64,000 nucleotides of DNA from assembly GCA_951406725.2 (NCBI GenBank), contig OX597816.1, forward strand, positions 168,144,001 to 168,208,000. The letters are read 5' to 3'. This document shows positions 25,400 to 37,675 of this stretch, in pieces (position 1 is the first letter of the stretch; each line of letters begins with the position of its first letter). The position numbers and the translations under genes were made by a program. A model generated the notes under the pieces. The model did not search any database. It was not told the DNA's origin and saw only the letters and a program-made list of their open reading frames with translations. Source of the stretch: Octopus vulgaris. Its lineage: Eukaryota.

Positions 25400-26740
25400 A
25401 ACTAAATTAAAAAGCATAAAGCACCTGTGAAAAAGGGTTTAAGAACAATAACAGCAGATTTTGCAACAACATATCCTAAAGTAAGCCTAATTCCTGGACA
25501 AAAAATATGTGGCTCTTGCAGAAAAATCTTTGCCCACATTTCAAATTGAACCATCATCAGAAGATATGAGAGATGTTACATCAACTACCACTGAAGCAAC
25601 TTCACCATTGACAGATGTCTTTGTAGAAGAAAATGCAGAATTAGAAATCTTCAGCAATGATTTGTCTGAAATAGGAGAATCTCCAATAAAAAAAAAACAA
25701 AAGATGGTTACTACCATCATGTATGCCGAAAAAAAAAAAAAATCAAAAATGCTTTTGCTCAAAAGACGCAAATCATTTCATCTAGAAGGGAAATTGGTAA
25801 ATTATCAAAGGAACTTAAAGATCATCACCCTGAAAGTGAAATAATTAACCAGATAAAAGAAAATTCCCAACAACAGGAAAAAGATGAGAAAAATCTTCAA
25901 ATTTTAACAATTCTGCCAAAAAGCTGGTCTATGAAAAAAATCCCAAAGGAGTTCAATGTGAATGATTGCATGGCTAGACAAGCTAAAAGGCTGGTCTGTG
26001 AGCAAAGGATTTTATCATATTCTAGCTATAGAAAAAGCACATTTCCTCAAGAAACTGCCAATTGTGTTTCTCAGTTTTATAAAAATGAAGCTGAGTTATG
26101 CCAGGAAAAAAGGATTACAAATCAGTAAAGAAAAATGGCAAAAGAGTCCTTGAGCACAAGTACTTCATACTTTGTAACTTAAAGGAAGTCATCCACTTGT
26201 TTAAATCAAAAAATCCTAAAATCAAAATTAGTTTCTCAAATTTTGCAGAGCTAAGGCCAAAAGAATGCATACTTGCAGGTAGTGCTGGTACATATAATGT
26301 ATGTGTTTGCACTATTCATTAGAATGTCAAACTAATAATTTCTGGCATGAAACTATCTGATTTAACCAAGGATATGAAGTTTTACTTGATTAATTATAAA
26401 CAATGTTTGGAATCAGTTACTTGAAACCCAACAACAAATAACTGCTACATGGGCAACTGTTCAAATTGTAATTCCTTGCTAGAAGAGTTTGAAAAATTCT
26501 TATATGAAATGTTAATGTGAATATGATTGATGAAGTACAGTATAAGTAATGGCTAACAACAGAAAGAACAATCCTAGAAAACATATCAAAATCAACAGAT
26601 GATTTTGTTGAAATTTTCTGTTAAAAGCTTAAAGCACTAAAAGCACATGATTTGCAAAGGAACAATCTAAATTTTGTACTTCAAGAAAAGAGTTTTTAAG
26701 TGAATGAGAAACCTTAGTCACAGCAGATTTTTCAGAGAAC
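25400..26740 (+). mobile_element. DNA transposon transposase, N-terminal half (Sola-like family; superfamily uncertain), degenerate
   Basis: 'ILCNLKEVIHLFKSKNPKIKISFSNFAELRPKECILAGSAGTYNVCVCTIH*NVKL', 'ADFSEN'. Confidence 0.75.
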
Positions 26741-26879
26741 CAGATGGCTGCACCAGGCACCAGTCTTGATCTGGCAGAGTTTCTACAGCTGGATGCCCTT
26801 CCTAATGCCAACCACTCTGTGAGTGTAGTGGGTGCTTTTTATGTGCCACCTGCACGGGGGCCAGTCAGGCGGTCATGGT

Positions 26880-27929
26880 TAAATTTACAAAGGCTGTCTG
26901 AATAGCCCAATGTTAAAACATCTGACTTTCTAGGGTACTGAAATGAGGATGAAGGTCCTTTAGGTTCAAGAAAGGTGAGTTTTACTTGCATAGTTTCTGA
27001 GTATGTTTCTAGAACACAGGCTAACCACCAGTCACCGTCATAAATTGAGCTACAAACCCTTTTATATCCTCAAATTGAATAGCATCTTGCATGGAGACTC
27101 TGATTTTAGTATAATTATCTATCGTAAATATCATATTTACCTTCATTTCTGAAGGTGATTTTGGGATAAAGCAATGCAACTTTTGTGCCCCTAGAATTGT
27201 TCTTGCCTTTCTAAATCTCTCTCTCAATAGATTTTCTTCATTCTGTATTTCATCATTTGAGGAGTAGATAAAATTAATTCCAGGAATGTTTTGCTAACCA
27301 TAATCATAAAGTTGTCTTGGAGTCATGATTTGTTAATTGAAAGGACATTATAAACTGCCTGAGCTGCCATTCATTTAATTGTACCTCTTAAGCCATCACA
27401 AGGTCCCTTCTCATGAGAAGTAGCAAAGAAATGGCACTCTACATCAGTTTGGAAACCTCTAGATTAGTAGCATAAACTTATAAAATTCTTACAATTTTCA
27501 TATTGTGAAGTAACACCATCTGAAAAATAGATAATTTTGTTGCTATTTTAAGGTTTTGCCCCGAAGAAAATGTATCAGCTTTTTTATTTATTATTATTTT
27601 GTTTTTGGAAGAGATGGGCTGCTATTGTATCATACTTCATACAGTCAGATATAATAACAACATTGATGTTAGTCATACCATTGTTTTGTTTATAATAACA
27701 GGCAAATGGATGGATAGGGGCTTGGGCATTGTTCCAATGAAATCCTTGTACTGCATCTTGCAAGATGAATGAATAGTTCTCTGAAAAATCTGCTGTGACT
27801 AAGGTGTCTCTTTCACTTAAAAACTCTTTTCTTGAAGTACAAAATTTAGATTGTTCCTTTGCAAATCATGTGCTTTAAGCTTTTGACAGAAAATTTCAAC
27901 AAAATCATCTGTTGATTTTGATATGTTTT
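26880..27929 (-). mobile_element. Inverted C-terminal half of the same transposase
   Basis: Minus-strand 'DFSENYSFILQDAVQGFHWNNAQA', 'FSDGVTSQYEN', 'HFFATSHEKGPCDGL', 'ARTILGAQKLHCFIP'. Confidence 0.75.
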
Positions 27930-28188
27930 CTGGCTTCCGTGCCGGTGGCACGTAAAATGCAGCAATCCGACCGTGACCGTTGCCAGCCTCACCTGGCACC
28001 TGTGCAGGTGGCACGCAAAAAGCACCCACTACACTCATGGGGTGGTTGGCATTAGGAAGGGCACCCAGCTGTAGAAACATTTCCAGATAAGACTGGAGCC
28101 TGGTGCAGCCTTCTGGCTTCCCAGATCCCCGGTCGAACCGTCCAACCCATGCTAGCATGGAGAACGGACGTTAAACGATGATGATGAT
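27930..28188 (+). mobile_element. Retroposon 3' region (RTE-related SINE family)
   Basis: Family motif and (GAT)n tail. Confidence 0.85.
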
Positions 28189-28289
28189 GTATTATGCAAT
28201 TTCTAAGCAGATTTAGACAAAGTCATTTACTCCATGTTTATATAGCTACAATTATGATTTATATAGTACATGTACATATATTCTTATAC

Positions 28290-28437
28290 CAGACATGAGC
28301 AAACTGTGGCATGAGGGAGTTTTTGAATGGCATGCTTAATGAAAAGTTACCTTGAATTGTTTTAGTTCTGTGGTCCACCTGACAATGAGCCATGTCACAT
28401 GCAGCCTACTTCTTGATTAAAAGGTTACCCATGCCTG
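28290..28437. mobile_element. Small hAT-like MITE
   Basis: CAGACATGAGCAAAC / GTTACCCATGCCTG termini. Confidence 0.5.
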
Positions 28438-28555
28438 TCCTACACAACTGTAATCATTATAATTATAACTATTATTATTTTTATTATTGTTGTTATTTTG
28501 ATATATTGCATAATAAATAAAAATTCAAGTAAATTTATGCCTGCAATGAATCACT

Positions 28556-29843
28556 ACTGTAAAAACCCATGTAATTAGTGCACTTGTGTAATTTATACAG
28601 GTGATTTTCAGGATAAAATTTGTTAAAAAATTACTTCTACTCAGGTAAAATTCGCACCCAAAAGTTTTCAGAATTGCTGATATAACCAGGGGAAAAAGGT
28701 ATTCAATTTAGTTGTATTTAGCATAATTTCACTTACTTATGATTAGATTTTATTAAATTTTCAATAAATAAAAATAATTTTTGTTCAACAGGTATCACAT
28801 TGAAAGCTATCAAATTACAAAGTGTTTGTGTTGCTTATAATAAACTTTATTTTACATTTCTTACCCACAAGAGATTATGTCCAATCTTTAGCATACTGCT
28901 GTATGTCTTCTCAAATCAAATCACAGGAAAAGTTGTTAAGAATTACTAACAAAAACAAAGCTGATAAATATGCACAGGTGTTGCAAATTAAGTTTAATTA
29001 CCAATTATGTAAACAGAATTCTCTTCTGCCTATTCTTGTTGGAACCTTTGATACGGAGTATCGAAATTTTAATCCCTTTCACATCTATAAAATGTAAAGC
29101 AAACTTAAAAATTTGTCATTACCCTAATTGTCAGTATGGATAGAACTTATGAATTGTTTACAGCAAAGGAGAAATTAAATATGTTGAATCTGCATTTGAA
29201 CATGACGAGCTGCCGGAAAGTATTTCAATGTTAATGAAGCTAATGTTTGAAATTGGCATACAACAAACTTAAAACTGTGCTAGTAATAAACAAACAAAAA
29301 CGAAACCATGCAATCAAGATCATCCATATTTTTTATGTTTTGTTTTCCAGTTTCAGCTCTTGAGCTGTGGCCATGCTGGGGCACCGCCATGCTGGGGCAC
29401 CACCATATCACTACATTTTTTTTCAGTCAGGAATATCCATATCACTATGTCAATGGTGTTCCATTGCGATAGGTAGAAACTTTAAGCAATGTAAAACATG
29501 GCATGGACTGTGTTTACCGGCATGAACGTAAGACTTCAAAAAGTAGTTAATCATTTAACAGTTTTAGTAAATTTATACAGAAAAAGTAAGCATTAGACCG
29601 TCCAGCATAAATAAAAGTCAACTTCATTATATATAAGTCATTATTTTTTTCTGTAAAAACCTATTCTGACATCAAATGGGACAACTACCTATATGAATGT
29701 TTACGTTTTGTACGATTTTTTCTCAACAACAAAAATTTCAAAAAAATTCCGAAAACGATCTACTCATGTAATTTACACACCCCCTAAAGTGTATTTTTAT
29801 TTTTGCAAAAAAAAAATGCATAAATTACATGGAGTTTTATGGT
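28556..29843. mobile_element. pogo/Tigger-like non-autonomous element
   Basis: TIRs TACTGTAAAAACCCATGTAATT / AATTACATGGAGTTTTATGGTA with TA ends. Confidence 0.75.
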
Positions 29844-29874
29844 ATTTCATTCATTTTATTTTTAAAATGTATAT

Positions 29875-30281
29875 AGGCTTAGGAGTGGCTGTGTGGTAAG
29901 TAGCTTGCTTATGAGCCACATGGCTCCAGGTTCAGTCTCACTGCATGGCACCTTGGGCAAGTGTCTTCTGCTATAGCCTCGGGCTGACGAAAGCCTTGTG
30001 AGTGGATTTGGTAGACGGAAACTGAAAGAAGCCTGTCATATATATGTATGTATATATGTGTATGAAGTTTGTGTGTCTGTGTTTGTCCCTCTAGCATTGC
30101 TTGGCAACCGATGCTGGTGTGTTTACGTCCCCATCACTTAGCGGTTCGGCAAAAAAAAAACTGATAGAATAAGTACTGGGCTTACAAAGAATAAGTCCCG
30201 GGGTCGATTTGCTCGACTAAAGGCGGTGCTCTAGCATGGCCACAGTCAAATGACTGAAACAAGTAAAGGAGTAAAGGAGTA
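29875..30281 (+). mobile_element. tRNA-derived SINE family A (OK-like)
   Basis: Full family structure. Confidence 0.9.
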
Positions 30282-30336
30282 TACTCATGAATTGAGTTCT
30301 CTTGTTTCATTTTGTTGTATGCAAGAGTATGTTTAC

Positions 30337-30471
30337 AACCAATGCTGATCTATCACTACAAATGGTGTGACATCAGTGTTTGTTGCAGGGCTGCAAACAG
30401 TAACATTTACTGTCAACAAATTGTCTGCAAGTTTTGTGCTTTTGAATTCCTTCAGAATAAAAAAATCTTTA
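30337..30471 (-). CDS. Candidate internal exon of an unidentified host gene (KDFFILKEFKSTKLADNLLTVNVTVCSPATNTDVTPFVVIDQHW)
   Basis: Unique sequence. Acceptor CTGTTTTTCCAG, donor GTAAAC, open frame. Boundaries uncertain. Confidence 0.35.
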
Positions 30472-30899
30472 CTGGAAAAACAGGTTGGCACAATGGGAGT
30501 ATCCAGCCATAAACATCCTGTTTCAATTATTTCCCATTTAAGCCATGCTAACTTGGAAAAAGATGTTAAATAAAATGAATGAATGAACCATATCTTCATG
30601 TAGACAGGTAAGGATTGGTAAACAGGAAGGGCATCTGGCTGTAGAAAATTTGCTATCAGTTGTGTAATGCATGTAGATGTTTATTTTTAAAGAGAAAACC
30701 AAACAAACAAGATATAATTACTAATCAAGTATATTAGTTGTAAGTAAGTATGTATTAAAACAAAGACTAGAATTTATGGTACCATTTTTAATTTTGTAGT
30801 TACAATTGTTTCTTTACAATGTCGGAAATACATTTTATGAACATACACAGTACTATTAATAAGATGAATATAATTTATAATATAAAAAATATATACACA

Positions 30900-31422
30900 A
30901 AATCAAAATCATTTTGATGGCTGGCATCCGTGCTAGTGGGGTGCAAAGAGCACCATACGAGTGTGATCGTTGACAGAGAGGCTATTCGAGTATGATCGTT
31001 ACCAGCGTCGCCTTACTGGCACTTATGACTGTGCTAGTAGGGAGCCAAGAACACCATCTGAGCGTGATCGTTGTGATTGCTGCCAGAGCAGCCAACTGGC
31101 TTCCGTACCCATGGCACGTAAAAGGGCACCATTCGAGCGTGATCGTTACCAACGTTGCTTCACTGGCACCTGTGTCGGTGACACATGTAAAAGATTCGAG
31201 TGAGGTCATTGCCAGTACCACCTGACTGGCCCCCGTGCCGGTGGCACATAAAAAGCACCCACTACACTCTCGGAGTGGTTGGCGTTAGGAAGGGCATCCA
31301 GCTGTAGAAACTCTGCCAGATCAAGACTGGAGCCTGGTGCAGCCATCTGGTTGCCAGCCCTCAGTCAAAACCGTCCAACCCATGCTAGCATGGAAAACAG
31401 ACGTTGAACGATGATGATGATG
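30900..31422 (+). mobile_element. Retroposon 3' region (RTE-related family, long copy with internal GAGCGTGATCGTT repeats)
   Basis: Family motifs and (GAT)n tail. Confidence 0.85.
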
Positions 31423-31669
31423 ATACACAGAGGACCAAATATAAACTGATTAGTACAAAGGAACAGACAACAGGGAAGCTGGATGGCATATATCATCTCT
31501 ATCGTTAAACCTAACAACTCCAAACTGAATTAGACACTAGCAATGAGAATTCCTTATTTACAGGGATTTGGAGTAAGCCACAAATGCTAGTTGTGAAAGC
31601 GACAATGTATTAAATTATTTTGTGTAGAGTAGTTGAAGGAATGGGATATATAGGTATTTAGTTACCTAC

Positions 31670-31811
31670 TATTTGTATAACTTGACACAATTTTGTTATC
31701 AATTTCTCTGGCAGCGTAACTGAACTACCTCCGATTCCAATTGGCCAATAACATATTCGTGCCCACTTCCAAATTTGCATAATCTTAAAGAATGCTACAT
31801 GTCTTGCATAC
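31670..31811 (-). CDS. Candidate internal exon (YARHVAFFKIMQIWKWARICYWPIGIGGSSVTLPEKLITKLCQVIQI)
   Basis: Acceptor ..TACTGCAG, donor GTAGGT (or GTAACT 4 nt further). Only one frame open (47 codons). Phase fits the 33408-33474 candidate. Confidence 0.4.
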
Positions 31812-31929
31812 CTGCAGTACGATATTAAATTACAAAAAATTCTCTAAGTGAAACATTGTTGTGATACCATATAATCCTTGCATCTGCATTTATTATGATA
31901 TATATATATATATATTGGAATATTGGATC

Positions 31930-32100
31930 AATATAGTTATGGACAGTCTACTCAGGATTTCATGCCCATAAAGCACTTAGCATTACAATGTTTCTTCAGA
32001 CCCTAATGGTGGCCATTAGGGTTTGAAGAAATGCTGTAGAGCTAAGTGATTTATGGGCATGAAACCCTGGGTAACCGCACAGACTGGCCATAACTATATT
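31930..32100. repeat. ~170-bp fold-back hairpin (mini-MITE)
   Basis: AATATAGTTATGG..CATGCCCATAAA..TTTCTTCAGACCCTAATGG / CCATTAGGGTTTGAAGAAA..TTTATGGGCATG..CCATAACTATATT. Confidence 0.85.
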
Positions 32101-32195
32101 TATCCAATAACTCTACTGCTTTATAACTTAGAGTGTGCTTCTCTTTTCAATTTATGGTTTACTGACAACACACACACACACATATATATATATAT

Positions 32196-33260
32196 AATAA
32201 TATTAGGGAGTATATCCAAACTTACAGGGAAAAATTAGATTTAGGATTAAATCAAATTTCACAGTATAAATATAAATTAAATTAGTGATAAAACCACTAT
32301 TAGGCAACTCAAACAGTGATAAACATAAACCAAAACATAAAATGCAAAAAATAAATATAATTAATATATATAATATATATATAAGATATAAAATTTAAAA
32401 TTTAAATTATTAAAATTAAAAGTTTTTTAATTTGTATTTTTAAATTTTTAAACTTTAAATTTTTTTTTATACAACTAACCAAAAAGTATAAAAAGTTAAC
32501 TATAATATAATAAGTAAAAACACTACGTACGTTTCATGGCTATAATTCAATTCGAATTACAATTAAGTTTAAATTCAATTGAAAATTCGAATTAAAATTA
32601 TAGTCAATCTTCAGGTTAAATAATAATAATAAATAATCAAATAGAGTTAAACATATTGATTAAATTATCTGTAAATAATATTGTTTTTATAAAATTTAAT
32701 GTATTTTTTTTAGAATTTATAGAATTTCTATAAATTTTGATATCCTTACTTATTAATCTCTTATCGCTTATAACTTGTTATTTTTCTTGATCTTGAATTG
32801 ATATTTTTCAGATACTTAAGTCTATGCAAGATATTTATACTATATCCATATAAGTGTAAAAATATTTGTGTATGTGTATATATGCATATATGCACATATA
32901 TTTGTATATATGTATCTGTATGCATTTTTACACTTTTCTGATTCATGGCTTAAAATTAATAGATAGCAGTTATTCCATATGGAAATGCTTTGAGCAGTCT
33001 TTATAGAAACCACCTAATAAGTAATTAATTAAGTACATGGATATTAAACTGATTCTATGTAATCTTCCTTTTTAATGTTTATAATTGATATATATACACA
33101 TTTTATCTATTTTGGTTATGATTTCATTTTTGAAAATCTTAAATTCTATTTTTATACAACATAACAATACTGTTTATAAACATTTCCCTCATAGTGCTCC
33201 TAAATAAAATTTCCTCTCTATTAACATCTTAGGTTTCTTAGTGTCTTGCCACTTTAACTG
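32196..33260 (-). mobile_element. AT-rich Penelope-type pseudo-LTR-like unit with hammerhead-like motif (32520-32620)
   Basis: Minus strand CTGAAGA-ttgactataatt...aattatagccat-GAAA-cgtacg-TA. Homologous to 61250-61575. Confidence 0.6.
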
Positions 33261-33407
33261 GTAATTAACATCATTGTTTAAAGCCTACCCCAACCCTGCC
33301 TCTTTTTATAAACAGTTACTACTCCTGATGTCTTATTAACTCCCTGGGGAAAAGGAATACATATGATAATATTTATGACCAAACCTAACCATGAGCTGTC
33401 AACTCAC

Positions 33408-33474
33408 TCTTGTCCTTTATTCAAAATAGACAGTCTTCTAGTTTTAGATTTAGTAGATGATAGAGATAGATGAA
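33408..33474 (-). CDS. Candidate 67-nt internal exon (HLSLSSTKSKTRRLSILNKGQ)
   Basis: Acceptor TTCATTTCTAG, consensus donor GTGAGT, one open frame. Confidence 0.4.
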
Positions 33475-33785
33475 CTAGAAATGAATTACAACCCTATGAC
33501 TCCACTATGCTCCATGCAATTTTTAGAAGTTGTAGTCTATACTTAGCTACAATATTGACAACATGAATTTTTTCCATCTTCTTGCTCTGTTAAAATATTT
33601 AAGAAAAATTATATCAATGTGTCCTACTTGTTAAAATTCCATTAATTTATTTGTGCAGCTGAAGATGGCACTGCATTTAAAGTGATGTAATGATTGCATT
33701 GTTCAATTAAATGGAGCTGCTTGCAATGGTAATACTGCATTACTACTTGATATCCTGTTGTTTATGTTAATTTTATTCACCTTAC

Positions 33786-33836
33786 TTTGAGCTGTGTGGA
33801 TAATACCGGACTGATTTTGTGCTTCAACTTAAGTAC
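33786..33836 (-). CDS. Candidate 51-nt exon (VLKLKHKISPVLSTQLK)
   Basis: Donor GTAAGG, weak acceptor GAATTAG, phase 0-0 open frame. Confidence 0.25.
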
Positions 33837-34042
33837 CTAATTCAATTGAATTTCAATTATATCTATATATATACGTATACAAGCACACATGAGGGTTTCT
33901 TTGTATGTAATTGTGTATGTATGTATGTACATACATACGTATGTATTTTTTCATGATTATAGCAATTTACCCACTAGATTTATGTATTGGATTATTTATA
34001 CAGTTTACCTAGATGTATCTATTGATGACTTAAATTTGAACC

Positions 34043-34095
<53 letters not shown>

Positions 34096-34097
<2 letters not shown>

Positions 34098-35889
34098 AGG
34101 TTGTCAAGAAAGTTCTTGTGGAATTTTAAATTTTGGTTTTAAATTATGTATTTTCAAATTAATTTCCATCAAATTACTTTGACTTTTAAAGTAATCATTT
34201 TAAAGCCTGTTTTTCACTCTATCTAATTATGTTACTCTTTTTCTTTTTGAATTATTAGGCCATTTTTTCCGGAACGTTGAATACAACATGGGCAAAAAGT
34301 AAATTTGCACAATTTTCTTTTTCCAGTTCAAGCTAGGCCGAAAAGCTGGTGAAACAGCTCACGATATTAATGCATTTGGCCCAGGAACTACTAATGAATG
34401 TACAGCACAATGGTGGTTCACGAAATTTCATAGAGGTGACAAAATTCTTGAAGATGATAAGTGTAGTGGTCGGCCATCAGATGTTGACAATGATCAACTA
34501 AGAGCCTTAGTAGAAGCCAATCCATGCACAGCTTTGAGCTGTGTGGATAATACCGGACTGATTTTGTGCTTCAACTTAAGTACCTAATTCAATTGAATTT
34601 CAATTATATCTATATATATATGTATACATGCACACATGTATTAGACATAAAAAATTAATAGATAGCATGTATATTAGACATAACGTATAAAACAATTTCC
34701 AACCACTTGAAAGATATTGGAAAAACAAAAATACTTGAGAAATGGGTGCCACACAAATTGAATGACAACCAAAAGAAAACAAGCACTGTTTTGTTGTCGT
34801 CCCTTCTTTTACGCAACAAGAACGACCCATTTCTCGACCAGATTGTGACTTGCAATAAAAAGCGGATTCTTTACGACAACCGGTGACACTCAGCTCAGTG
34901 GTAGATGCCGACAAAGCTCCATGGCACTTCCTGAAGCCAAAGTTGCAACAAAAGAAAATCATGGTGACTGTTTGGTGGTCTGTGGCCAGTCTCATCCATC
35001 ACAGCTTTTTGGATCCAGGCAAAACCATTACGGCGGAGAAGTACTGTCAGCAAATGGATGAAATGTATAAGAAACTCTGACAACAACAGCCAGCATTGGT
35101 CAATAGAAAATTACCAATCCTTCTCCACAAAAATGCTTGGCTACATGTCGCATAACTGACCCTACAGTAGTTGATGATGGATGAAAGCACTCCATCGGTT
35201 ACGACGACGAGGGTTCCGGTTGACCCGATCAATGGAACAGCCTGCTCATGAAATTAACGTGCAAGTGGCTGAGCACTCCACAGACACGTGTACCCTTAAC
35301 GTAGTTCCCGGGGATATTCAGCGTGACACAGAGAGTGACAAGGCTGGCCCTTTGAAATACAGGTACAACAGAAACAGGAAGTAAGAGTGAGAGAAAGTTG
35401 TGTTGAAAGAGTACAGCAGGGATCACCACCATCCCTGCCGGAGCCTCGTGGAGCTTTTTAGGTGTTTTCGCTCAATAAACACTCACAACACCCGGTCTGG
35501 GAATCGAAACCGCGAGTCCGCTGCCCTAACAACTGGGCCATTGCGCCTCCACGACAGAAGTTGAGTGAATTGGACTATGAAACTCTGCCTCATCTGCCAT
35601 ACTTACCAGACCTCTCGCCTACTGACTATCACTTTTTCAAGCATCTTAACAACTTCCCACATGAGAAATGCTTCAAAAACCAAGACAATGCCAAACACGC
35701 CTTCAATGACTTCATCACCACCAGAACGCAGGATTTTTATGCTACTGGCATAAATAAACTTGTTTCATGCTGGCAAAAGTGAGTTGATTCTGATGGTGTT
35801 TATTTCAATTAATAAAGTTTTGTTTGAACCGAGACATGTGCATCTGAATTTAAAGGTTAAAAACCGCAAGAACTTTCTTGACAACCTAA
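34096..35889 (+). mobile_element. mariner (DD34D, Mos1/Hsmar-like) transposon, disrupted by a SINE and a templated insert
   Basis: TIRs TAAGGTTGTCAAGAAAGTTCTTG / CAAGAACTTTCTTGACAACCTAA with TA flanks. Motifs WVPH, KIMVTVWW, YLPDLSPTDYHFF. Confidence 0.93.
35176..35552 (-). mobile_element. SINE family B (OR1-like) inserted in the mariner
   Basis: Family sequence. TSD-like ACAG(T/A)AGTTGA. Confidence 0.9.
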
Positions 35890-35993
35890 TATATATTATA
35901 CATACAAATACGTGGACATGTATATGTATGTATTTATGTGTGTGTGTGCATGTGTGTGTGTGTGTCTGTGTGTGTGTGTGTTCATCCTTGTAT

Positions 35994-36412
35994 ATACTCT
36001 TTTTACTCTTTTACTTGTTTCAGTCATTTGACTGCGGCCATGCTGGAGCACCGCCTTTAGTCAAGGCAAATCGACACCAGGACTTATTCTTTGTAAGCTT
36101 AGTACTTATTCTATCAGTCTCTTTTGCCGAACAGCTAAGTTACGGGGACGTAAACACACCAGCATCGGTTGTCAAGCGATGTTGGACAAACACAGACACA
36201 CAAACACACAAACACACACACACACACATATATATATATACATATATATGACGAGCTTCTTTCAGTTTCCATCTACCAAATCCACTCACAAGGCTTTGGT
36301 CGGCCCGAGGCTATAGTAGAAGACACTTGCCCAAGGTGCCATGTAGTGGGACTGAACCCGGAACTATGTGGTTGGTAAGCAAGCTACTTACCACACAGCC
36401 ACTCCTGCACCT
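35994..36412 (-). mobile_element. SINE family A (OK-like)
   Basis: Full family structure. Confidence 0.9.
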
Positions 36413-36649
36413 ATGTATACCTATTTGTATGTATATAAGTATTTTATGTTTATGCTATAAAAAAAAATTTGAAAATTTATGATTTTTCGATCTCCCCCAC
36501 TCAGTTGTTTTAGTAAATAATTTTAAAATATTGGAGAGCCTGAGAAATTCATTGCGGGGATTTATCCCCTGATTTAAAAAAGAGGTATGTAAAAGATAAA
36601 TTAGTTTGATAGCATACTTTTCTGTATATAAATATTTTTTCATACACAT

Positions 36650-37040
36650 AGGCGCAGGAGTGGCTGTGTGGTAAGTAGCTTGCTAACCAACCACATGGTT
36701 CCGGGTTCAGTCCCACTGCATGGCATCTTGGGCAAGTGTCTTTTGCTATAGCCCCGGGCCGACCAATGCCTTGTGAGTGGATTTGGTAGACGGAAACTGA
36801 AAGAAGCCTGTCGTATATATATATGTGTGTGTGTGTATGTTTGTGTGTCTGTGTTTGTACCCCTAGCATAGCTTGACAACCGATGCTGGTGTATTTATGT
36901 CCCCGTCACTTAGCGGTTCGGCAAAAGAGACCAATGGAATAAGTACTGGGCTTACAAAGAATAAGTCCTGGAGTCAATTTGCTCGACTAAAGGCGGTGCT
37001 CCAGCATGGCCATAGTCAAACGACTGAAACAAGTAAAAAA
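36650..37040 (+). mobile_element. SINE family A (OK-like)
   Basis: Full family structure, inverted relative to 35994. Confidence 0.9.
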
Positions 37041-37675
37041 AGAAAAATACACATACACATGACCTCACTTGGTCGGTAGTGGGGAGATTTAAATTACCAA
37101 CTTTTTTCTTCTTTTTTGTTGCTTATATACCCAACAATGAACCACGTGCGTTACTTCCACATCAGCATTCCATAGAATGTCTTCATAAGGAGAAAAATAT
37201 TGAAAAACATCAAAGCATGTGAGAGTGACAAAGAAACAAGGGAAGGTGGGATGTGGGATGTGCTGGAAACAACAGCCAAATCTCCCTTAAATCACATGCC
37301 TATTTCTCTGAAGATATTTACAAATTTGGGGACAGGTTAGCGAAAAGGCTTCTCTCATGGTTTTTAAGTGCATAGTGCCCAAAAACATTGATCATAATCA
37401 TTCCGGTGTTGGGTGGTGAGGCAGGAGTGAGGTGAAAAAAATGATAAATTTTCAAAAATCTTTTTTGCTAAAAATATGCCCCCATCATATCGAAGAGCAT
37501 AGTGAAAAAAATTAGAAAATTTCCTGTCAAAACAGAAATTCCAACTTATGTAGGTGTCTTGATTTTGGCATTTTACCCCCTAGATTTATGTATTGGATTA
37601 ATTATACAGTTTACCTAGACACTTTGTATCTATGTATTTATTGATTTAAATTTGAACCCTATTTTTGAGACTAAT

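Noticed and set aside
30955-31200. Spaced repeats GAG(C/T)GTGATCGTT resembling a CRISPR array
   Set aside because: Degenerate internal repeats of the retroposon 3' region in a eukaryotic context, with no cas genes.
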